From assembly GCF_009914755.1 (NCBI RefSeq), contig NC_060944.1: a stretch of 64,000 nt of DNA; one strand, written 5' to 3'. This document shows positions 48,841 to 64,000 of this stretch, one piece after another; the first letter of the stretch is position 1, and each line of letters starts with the position of its first letter. The DNA comes from the human T2T-CHM13v2.0 reference genome, Homo sapiens. Under the pieces are notes generated by a model. The model had not been told where the DNA came from. It saw nothing but the letters and a program-made list of their open reading frames with translations, and ran no database searches. The translations under genes were made by a program, and so were the position numbers.

Positions 48841-50369
48841 CTCCAAGCAGCCAGTAGCCCCGATGGTGTGTGCCTGAGCTGTGTGGCCCGAGGTTCCATT
48901 TGAGTGTGAGAAATGGCTGAATCCCTCCCGACCTCACTGCCTTGTGGGGGCTGGCCCTGCTCCCAGGCCTTTCTGGGCCTCCTCACGCTGTGAGGCTGTT
49001 GCTGGGGCTGAGAAGGGTGGGGTTCACTGCTGCTTCTGGAGAGCCTTGGACAGCAGGCAGTCCTGGAGCTGGACAAGCAGGACCCAGGGCAGCCACTGAG
49101 GTGGGCCCCCGTGCCACCTTTAGCGGGGGGAAAGGGAGCAGGGAGGGCTGGTCCTCTGAGGGATTCGGGCCCCTTACCCGAGGGCCTGCGGTGGGGGGAG
49201 TAGCCTCTGGCTGTGAGCTGGGAAGCCCTCACTCTGGAGGGACCTGGTTCCTGCTGGTAGGTGTCTCCCAAGGGCCTCCCATAGGGGTGTTGCCCCAAGA
49301 CAGGCTGAGGGGTAGGGGCTGCAGGCACCGTGGAGGGGTCTTCCTGCCACAGGCAGCCCAGCTTAAAGTGAGGGTGGCTGCATCATTCTGGCCTGGTATA
49401 GGCATGGAGTGTTGGAGTCCGGGAGTGCTGCAGGCTGGCAGGGATGGGGGTCCACACACAGGAGTGCATGGGCTGTGAGCTTAGTAGACTCCTTCATAAC
49501 CAAGGTGGGTGGTGTCCCCACACCTCTGCCAGGAGCCTACAGGGATTGACTCAGTTCTGTTGAGAGGCAGCTTAGTGAGCAGGTGGGAGTCAGTGAGATA
49601 GCTGGAGACTTGATGTGTGGCCAGGGACATGGTGAGAGGAGGGGCCTCCGTGGGGTGGGAAAGGGTGGGGTTCAGTGGTGGGGGAGGGACTCTGGGGAGG
49701 GGTGGGGATCAGTGGGTGCTCCCTGCCTGTTACCCTGTTCCACTGCACTATAAATAGCTGTACTAGTTGGTGGGAAGCTGGTGGGAAGGCATCTGGCTTG
49801 TGGCCTCTGATGGCTGAGCCTTTGTCCTGTCCACAGGGTGGAGGCAGCCTCACCCAGCCATCCAAGCCGGTGGTCAGTGCTGAGGCTGGGTGGGGGAGCC
49901 TCCGATGGACCCAGGAGTGGGAGGCTGCTCCTGATGGCAGTTGAGCCCCCTGCAGCCTTTTGCAGTGTCCAGATGAAGCCCACAGAGACCCTCCTCCATG
50001 TACACACAGCTGTGAGGGTAGCAGGAGTTGGTGTTGAAGGGAGAGCCCAGCCACGCTCAGGTCCCCACCACACATGGCCTGGGGGGCTCCGCCCTTGGCT
50101 GAGCTGGAGGGCTTGGGGTCAGGACCAAGGGTGGGTCCACCCTGCTTGGAAAGAAGCTGTCCTGGCTTTTGGAGTCAGCGGGGGAGGGGCACTGCCCGGG
50201 AGCTGGTGTCTTGTTGGAAGGGGCAGCTGGGAGTAGGGAGCAGCCGAGCCACAGGCTGCCCACGGCATCGTCCCCTGCCTCGGGTCAGGGGGCCCCTTGA
50301 CTGGAGGACCTCACAACCCTGGGGGTGTCCATGGCCTGTTCCTGGGAGCTGCACCCTCATCAGATTCTC

Positions 50370-55465
<5,096 letters not shown>

Positions 55466-56225
55466 TGACTTAACCATGGATGAAAGAGACACCTTCAAAA
55501 TCAGGTGCAAAGGAGGCAGCCCCCCCAGCCCGGAACCACCCCACAGACAGTAGAGAAGGGCCCTTGTCAGCGCAGGAGTGAGGGGCGCTTTCCAGCACTG
55601 ACCCAGCGACAAAGGTGAAGGTGGGAAAAGCCCCTTGTGGACGTGGACGGTGAAACTGAGCTGGCGCCTCGGGCAGTGATGCTTGGGCTGGCAGAGACCA
55701 GGGAGAGAGTTCTCACTGGTCATAAGGCCAAGCTCTCAAGACACAAGACAAACAGGAAAGAAACACCTGCCCCTGGGAGGAAAGAACCCTTGAGCACCAA
55801 AACCAAATTTACATGAGCGTCCCGAGCCACGCGAATGACTTTCTCCCACCAAGCTGAACTGGGAAGAGCAGGAACAAGGCGTGTTTGCCTCCCACCCTCA
55901 GCCGGGCACTGCAGACAGACAGCCAGAGAGCGGGCTGTGGTCAGAGTCCCCTCTGACCTCTGCTGGCTTCGTGTCAGTCTCCCGGATCTCATCTGCAGGC
56001 TCCAGAGCAGGCTGCGTGTCAGCAGCTGAGACCCAAGGCACACACGATGGAGTAAGGAGAGGAGCACACGCGTGTATTGGACGCAGACACTCCACATTTG
56101 TGAACCTTTCCTGCACCCATCACCTCAGTAAACCCCAGGGAAGCGCGTGGGCCTTGATCCCAGGTCCAGGCCCTCTGCCCAGGCCCCTCCTCAGCAGGGC
56201 CCGGCCATGCCCGCTCCACAGCAGC

Positions 56226-56413
56226 TCAGGTCGGGTTCTCGTAGCTGGTGAAGCTGGAGAGCCTCTCCCGCAGGGCCTTGAAGCAGGGTCTCTGCTCGGG
56301 GTCCCTGCACCAGCATGTCAGCATCAGCTTGTGCACGCTGGGCGGGCACTCCAGAGGGCAGGGCATGCGGTAGCCGGCGTCCACCCTCAGGAAGGCCTCA
56401 TGGTTGGACATGC
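56226..56413 (-). CDS. PTK6: PTK6 exon 8 coding part (C-terminal YENPT)
   Basis: 188 nt; exon sum 1356 nt = 451 aa + stop. Confidence 0.97.
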
Positions 56414-56738
56414 CTGCGGCCGACAGGGATGAGAAGAGCTGGGGCCCACCTGCCTACCCTCCCCCAAGAAGCCACACCAGCCATCCACTGCCCCTTCCTG
56501 GGGCCTTCCCCGCAGCCTCAGCTGCCATGCCTTGGCGCCACCCAGCACACTGTCCACTGCTAACACCTCCCTCTGGACAGGGCTCCAACAGGCAGCTCCA
56601 GGCACCAGCCTGGGTGCTCAGAGAATGGTGCAGGTGTGGAGTTCAGGCGATGGCCCGCGGAGGGCCCTGAAGCCCGTGGGGGAGGCACCCCCCAGCGTCC
56701 CTGCCGGCTACCCAGGACCTCCCCCACTCTGCCTCTCA

Positions 56739-56927
<189 letters not shown>

Positions 56928-57282
56928 TCAGCCTGGAGCTGAGTGGGCCGTGGGGGCTGCCTGTGCCCTGCCCCCGAAGCATGGACGGGCACAGCGGCCG
57001 CATTGCCCCAGCAGTGGGACGGTGATGACCCCACTGTCTGACCCACGCACGGCCGCTGCAGCTAAGGCCACACTGGGGCCTGACCACCTTCAGGAGCCCA
57101 ACTTCCCCTGGGATTGCAGGTGTGTGGGGACCGGAGGGCCCGGGGGACAGGGAACTGGGAGGCTCCCAGGCCGTCAGAGGGGCCCAGGGCTGGGCCAGTG
57201 AACAAGGCACGTGAACAAGGCAGCGGCTGCGTGGTGGGCCCTGCTGTGCGTGCCATTCAGAATGGGGGCCCCACCGGACTCA

Positions 57283-57783
<501 letters not shown>

Positions 57784-57829
57784 CTACCGCCCTTCTGGAA
57801 GGCAACTGTTTATCACGAACCAAGGAGCA

Positions 57830-58468
<639 letters not shown>

Positions 58469-58807
58469 TCAGCGGCTTGCGGCCTGGTGGTGCCTGTTTT
58501 ACCCCACATTCCCTCCCGGAGGACCCTGAAGGGCGTGGGGACTGTCTGAGATGATCAAGCCCTTTGTGTGAGGGCGAGGGGTACGGAGCCTTTCGCTCAG
58601 AGCGCAAACGTGCGTGGTGCCTCAGTGTAGCTCTCCTCAGACACACACGGCATTTTTCCTATACCACAACGTTCCCTCCCATTCTAACATCGGAATCCAA
58701 ACTGCGCCTTCACGCACGGGCATCTCCATTCCCTGGCAGCGATTGTCTTTGGTTTTGGTGAGAAAGGAAATAATGGAACTTAGAGAGGATGAAGTCTTTG
58801 AGCCAAT

Positions 58808-59140
58808 GTGATCTGTGTGTGTCTGTGTGTGTGTCTGGATCAGTGTGTGTCTGTGTGTGTGTGTGTCTGTGTGTGTCCGTGTGATCTGTGTGTGTGTCTG
58901 TGTGTGTCCGTGTGATCTGTTTTGTGTGTCTCTGTGTGTGTGTCTGTGTCTATGTGTATGTCTGTGTGTGTCATGTGATGTGTCTTGTGTGTGTGTCTGT
59001 GTGTGCATGTGTATGTCTGTGTGCATGTGTGTGTGCATGTGTGTCTGTGCGTGTGTGTCTCTGTGTGTCTGTGTCTGTGTCTGTGTGTGCATGTGTGTGT
59101 CTGTGTGTCTGTGTGTCTACGTGTGTGTGTGTGTAGACGT
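58808..59140. repeat. Complex (TG)n/(CA)n microsatellite
   Basis: Direct reading. Confidence 0.95.
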
Positions 59141-59215
59141 GGGGGGGGGGTGTGCACTTTATTTCCTCACGTGCCCCCGCTGCCTCCAGCAAGAGCCCCG
59201 GCCCATGCCACTCAC

Positions 59216-59377
59216 CGCGGAGCAGCTCCAGCAGGCTGCCCTTGGCCATGAGCTCCGTGATGATGTACACGGGGTCCCCCACGGACACCACGGCGTACAG
59301 CGCCAGGATGTGTTTGTGCCGCAGCTTCTTCATGGCCTGGATCTCCGACTGCAGCATCTGCTGGTGCAGGAGGTTGT
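59216..59377 (-). CDS. PTK6: PTK6 exon 5 (alphaC to hinge)
   Basis: [21 protein letters not shown]...LLELLR; 162 nt. Confidence 0.97.
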
Positions 59378-59714
59378 CTGCGGGGACGGGTGGCCTCGGT
59401 GGATGCAGCCCCTGACCCCCCAGGCCCCAAGGAAGAGGCCAAGGCCCTGCCCCCACACACAGCAGCCATCACACCCAGCAGCTGTGCAGGACACACAGAC
59501 CTCCTGCCCCCGACAGGGCACCTGGCTCCCGAGGCCACGAAATGGCAGATGCAGCCGGCCCCACAGGGCCCCAGCCTGGCGTACCCACGGGGCTGTGGTG
59601 GCCACCCGATTTCTTCCTGTGCCCGGCCCAGACCTCTGACATAGAGGCCAGACCTCTGCTGGGGCCCAGACGGGTTCCAGGGAAGTTTTACCCATTTCCA
59701 GTGATCTATTTTAA

Positions 59715-60056
<342 letters not shown>

Positions 60057-60240
60057 AAAATTTTCTTTTATAATAAATGTATTTAGGTAAAAACATAGGT
60101 GCAATTGAAAGGGAACCACTCTCGCATGGACGCTGTGGGTGCTGCTTGGGGCTCGAGGCCAGAGGTCCCTGTTGGCGGGGTGGGAGGGTGGCCCAGGGCA
60201 GGCACGGGGCCACACAGAGCCCTGATCGGGGCCCACTCAC

Positions 60241-60394
60241 CTCGAGAAATCACCTTAATGGCCACCTGGACCCGGTCTTTCCAGAGCCCCTCGAAGACCT
60301 CCCCAAAGTAGCCGGACCCCAGCTTCCTGCAGAGCGTGAACTCCTCCCTCGGCCTCTCCCAGTCATCCCAATGGGGCAGGGGCTCAGGCTCGTG
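60241..60394 (-). CDS. PTK6: PTK6 exon 4 (linker, Gly loop GSGYFG, VAIK)
   Basis: [14 protein letters not shown]...VAIKVISR; 154 nt. Confidence 0.96.
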
Positions 60395-60841
60395 CTGGAG
60401 GAAGAGTCGGGGACACAGGGCAGGGGCTCATCCTTCAGGAAGTGCCAGTCTGAAGCCAGCACAGGGAGCCTGGATTTAGCCTCAGATTTAGGGCCACGAT
60501 CAGCCTGGGTTGGGGGTTTCTGAGTGTCTGACACAAGGGTGGACTCTCCTGGGGGCTGCCCCCAGCCCAGCATGAAACACCCAGACAGACCGGAGCCAGG
60601 ACCCTGCAGAGTGCCGCTGGCCTCTCCGAGAGTGGCCAGGCCCGGGGATGGTCTCCTGGCCCCACCCCCAACTCAGGCAAACACCTGTGCTCTGCAGAAC
60701 CATGGGCTTCCCTCCAGTGGGCCCCAGGTCAGTGAGTCAGGACCCCTCCCATGCTGCCCGGCCAACCTCTCCCAGTAGGAAATGCCAGCCTGTGACCCCC
60801 CAGCCTGACCCCGCGTGACCAAGTCAGGGCGGAGCGGCTAC

Positions 60842-61005
60842 CTTCCGGCAGGGCGCGGCCAGCCGCAGGCCGTGGGACAGGCTCTGGGCCCTGTGGTAGT
60901 TCACAAGCTCGGGCAGGCTGAGGAAGGACACCGCCTCGTTCAGGTGCAGCCGGCCCCCGGCACGCCGCCAGATCTTGTAGTGCCGCACAGCCTGCGTGTC
61001 CCGCA
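60842..61005 (-). CDS. PTK6: PTK6 exon 3 (SH2 C-half)
   Basis: [12 protein letters not shown]...LAAPCRK; 164 nt. Confidence 0.97.
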
Positions 61006-61627
61006 CTGGGAGGGAGAGCGTGAGCTGTGTGGCCACCCCAACTCCGACGCCTCCCTGCGTCCCCAGCCCTGCTGGCCACACCTGCGCAGAGTTTCTGGGT
61101 CCCCACAGTTGCTGTTGGTGCTTCCTCAGTACCACCCCTGCCTCCCCTCCCTCAGAACGGCTCCCTCCTGCCCTGCACGCTCTGGCCAAGCTCTCTGGCC
61201 CCTCCTGCCCCCGTGCCAGGCAGCCAGTGGCCTCCGCCTGGATGGCAGCTGCCTAAAATCCCAGCCATGCTGAGATCCTCAGGGGCAGGGATGGGGTTTC
61301 TCTGCGCCCCGCACACCCCAGGCTCAGGTCTCATGCTGGGCGAGGTTCCCATGGGTGCTGAGGACCTCCCACGAGTGCCTCGGGCAGGGCTGGCTGGAGA
61401 AGCCCCTGCCCTCCCAGGGAGGGGCCCTGCCCCACGACTACCCTAGCAGCCAGTGACCCAGGCCCCAGGGAGGAGCGGGCCAGGTGGGCGGAGGGGATGG
61501 GAGCTCCCTGGAGAGGAGCCCATGTCCCCCGTCTCAGCCAGAGCGAGCCGGGTTCACCACGTGGCTGGGAGGGCTTAGAGCCAGGAGCCCCCGCAGGCAA
61601 GCACAGGCTCGGAGGCCGGGGCCGCAC

Positions 61628-61749
61628 CCGACAGGACGTAGTCGGCACTCGGCTTCTCGCTGACCCTGATCAGGAAGGCGCCCGTGGCGTTGCCCTCGGC
61701 CTGCAGCCGACGCACAGCTTCCGAGCGGGAGATGCAGCCAAAGAACCAC
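61628..61749 (-). CDS. PTK6: PTK6 exon 2 (SH2 N-half)
   Basis: [11 protein letters not shown]...FLIRVSEK; 122 nt. Confidence 0.97.
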
Positions 61750-62440
61750 CTGCAGGGGAGGAGTCTGAGAACACGCGGACCTGGGCCCACCCCACGTGGA
61801 CCCCACGCTGGCCCCAGCCTGCCCGCCTGGAACCCCAGCCGCCCTTGCCTGCCACCTCAAGCTCCCAGCCCTGACCACAGCTGCTCTCAGGAGCTGTCGC
61901 TGACCCAGACGCCCTGAATGTCCCGAAAGGCCAGGACAGGCCCCTGAGGACCCGGCGGGGGCAGGGGCAGGCGCTACCACACCCTGCCCTGAGTGGCCCG
62001 AGTCTAGGGGTCAGAGCCTAGGGTGGAGCTGGGGAGGGCAGCTGAGCAGGATGGCTGCCCAGAGCTGCCTGCACACACCCATGTGTGACGCACGCTCACA
62101 CACACACAGTCACAAACCCCCACACATGCGCACAGTTCACCCGCACACCTGAACACACACGCGCATGTGTGCTCACTTGCCCACACGCTCACACGCACGC
62201 ACACACAGCCACTCGCGCGCACTAACTCCCGGCTGCGGGGTGTGGGCCAGCCCTGGACTGTGGACTTCCAGGTGGAGCTTGCAGAAGCTCCAGGTGACCT
62301 GCGCCCTTTGTGTGTCTGACTCCCTCAGGTCACTGGAACACAAACCCCACACAGAAGACCACGGCCCAGCATGGAGCCCCTGGGGTCCACCCCCTCCACT
62401 TCCGCACACCTGGAAGCACTGCCCCACCTGCCCCTCCAAC

Positions 62441-62812
62441 CACCTGGCCTCCCGCCCCCCCCCTCACCTGGCCTCCCGCCCCCTCCTCACCTGGCCTCCC
62501 GCCCCCTCCTCACCTGGCCTCCCGCCCCCCCCTCACCTGGCCTCCCACCCCGTCCTCACCTGGCCTCCCGCACCCCCCTCACCTGGCCTCCCGCCCCCCC
62601 CTCATCTGGCCTCCCGCCCCCTCCTCACCTGGCCTCCCGCCCCCTCCTCTCCTGGCCTCCCGCCCCCTCCTCTCCTGGTCTCCCGCCCCCCCCACCTGGC
62701 CTCCCGCCCCCCCTCACCTGGCCTCCAGCCCCCCCCACCTAGCCTCCCGCTCCCCCCTCCACCTGGCCTCCCACCCCCTCCTCACCTGGCCTCCTCCCCA
62801 CTTCTCACCTGG
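62441..62812. repeat. VNTR, ~16 x 22-24 bp (CACCTGGCCTCCCGCCCCCTCCT), PTK6 intron 1
   Basis: Unit starts at 62441, 62465, 62488, 62511 and onward. Confidence 0.95.
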
Positions 62813-63681
62813 GCGAGTTCTCAGGACTCAGGGTCTTTGCACCTGGGAGCTGACCAGCCTCCGGCCAGACCCCACCCCTGCACCCCTGCTCACTAACGAG
62901 GTCGTGGGTCTGCGCGTGACCCTGCTAACGAGGTCGTGGGTCTGCACGTAATAGAGGGGTCTCCACCATGGGCCCCTGCCCGACGGCCTCTTTACAGCCT
63001 CCCCTGCTTGTTGCTTGGGTCCCCCGGGAGCTAACCCTACACAGCCTGTGACTCACGCACACACACAGTGGGTGCCCAATCACTGATGAGAAACGCGGGA
63101 TCTCAGGAGCGTGACCCTCCTCAGCCTGAGCTCCGGGCAGCTGTGGAAGCCAGGGCCAGGCCACACCAGCTGCTGTCTGGTTCCCCGCAGGGCACAGCAG
63201 GCAGGAAGTTTGCCCGGCAGCCGGCCCGCTCCCCTAACTAGGTCGTGTGTCTGGTTCCGGCACTTTGGAAACTGGGCAAGCTTCAAGCTTCGTTTCCCCC
63301 AAAGGCCCTGGAACGCTCCGACAGACCTTGTCACTGGCCACCGGGCCCCAGAAGTCCACCCTGGACCCTCTGTCCTCCCTGGGTCCCGGCAATGCAGCGT
63401 CCACCCCCGAGCTGTGACAAGGATGAGCCCAAGGCAGGGGCCGTGCCCTCTGACCCCCGTGCTCCAACTCCCGCAGGGACAGTCCTGGGCACTCCTGGGC
63501 GCCAGCGCATGGGGCCTGCAGGGAGGATCAAGCGGGATGCCCAGCCTGGACTTTGGGGTGCAGGAAGATGGAACCGGGGTCCCCACCTTCTTGGGCCTCC
63601 CTGAGCAGCCCAGAGCCCTGTCCCTCCCCTGTGCCTAGAGGGTGGCCTGTGCCAAAGCTCCCAGCAGCCTAGGACACGCAC

Positions 63682-63911
63682 GGTTCCGACTCCACCGTCT
63701 CCCTCTCGGCCAGGTAGTTGTGGGGCACATAGCCCTGGGCCACGGCCCCACCCGCCTCGTCCAGCAGCGTGGCCCACCACCACTGCTCCTCCTTCCTGGC
63801 CACGTGGAAGACGTCCCCCGCGCGGAAGCTCAGCTCCTCGTCCGTCCGGGACTTGAAGTCCCAGAGGCCCACATACTTGGGGCCCAGGTGAGCCTGGTCC
63901 CGGGACACCAT
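63682..63911 (-). CDS. PTK6: PTK6 exon 1 coding part (SH3 domain)
   Basis: GCCATGG Kozak; MVSRDQAHLGPKYVGLWDF...YVPHNYL; 230 nt; donor CC|GTGCGT. Confidence 0.97.
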
Positions 63912-64000
63912 GGCGGGCGGGCGCAGCGGCAGGACCAGGCTGTGGCCCAGCTGGAGCACCCAGAGCTGGGCGTGGCAGGCGGGCCGTCCCACTTCCTCAT

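Larger units (their letters stand above)
47465..48865 (+). other. PPDPF: PPDPF gene span (non-coding exon 1 ~47465-47586; exon 2 from 47976)
   Basis: TATAAG at 47430; donor CAG|GTGAGG after 47586; acceptor GCAG| before 47976; CDS 55+78+212 = 345 nt. Confidence 0.92.

Overview
Primate, almost certainly human, genomic DNA matching the GC-rich subtelomeric 20q13.33 locus. I reconstructed three complete protein-coding genes by hand from GT-AG junctions and frame arithmetic. EEF1A2 is on the - strand (non-coding exon 1 plus 7 coding exons, 463 aa). PPDPF is on the + strand (non-coding exon 1 plus 3 coding exons, 114 aa). PTK6/BRK is on the - strand (8 coding exons, 451 aa). From known gene order, KCNQ2 should begin just left of the window and SRMS just right; neither is visible here. 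The rest is Alu-dense, with old L1, MaLR/ERV1 LTRs (several with clear target-site duplications, TSDs), DNA-transposon relics and at least six minisatellites plus a 2.6-kb (GGAT)n array. There is no CRISPR, tRNA, rRNA or prokaryotic-type system, and most ORF-track entries are GC/repeat artefacts. The best leads are regulatory. (1) The EEF1A2 intron-5 array is a giant YCAY (NOVA-type) tract in the pre-mRNA and is open in frame with exon 5. (2) An LTR10-type solo LTR with an intact AP-1 site lies between PPDPF and PTK6. (3) A MEF2/CRE/NF-Y module sits 3 kb upstream of EEF1A2. (4) Two perfect REST half-sites lie back-to-back on the KCNQ2 side. (5) A G4-type VNTR follows the EEF1A2 poly(A) site. 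(6) Two repeats show local A/T-to-G/C substitution bias. Repeat subfamily names come from remembered consensus sequences and need RepeatMasker/Dfam confirmation.
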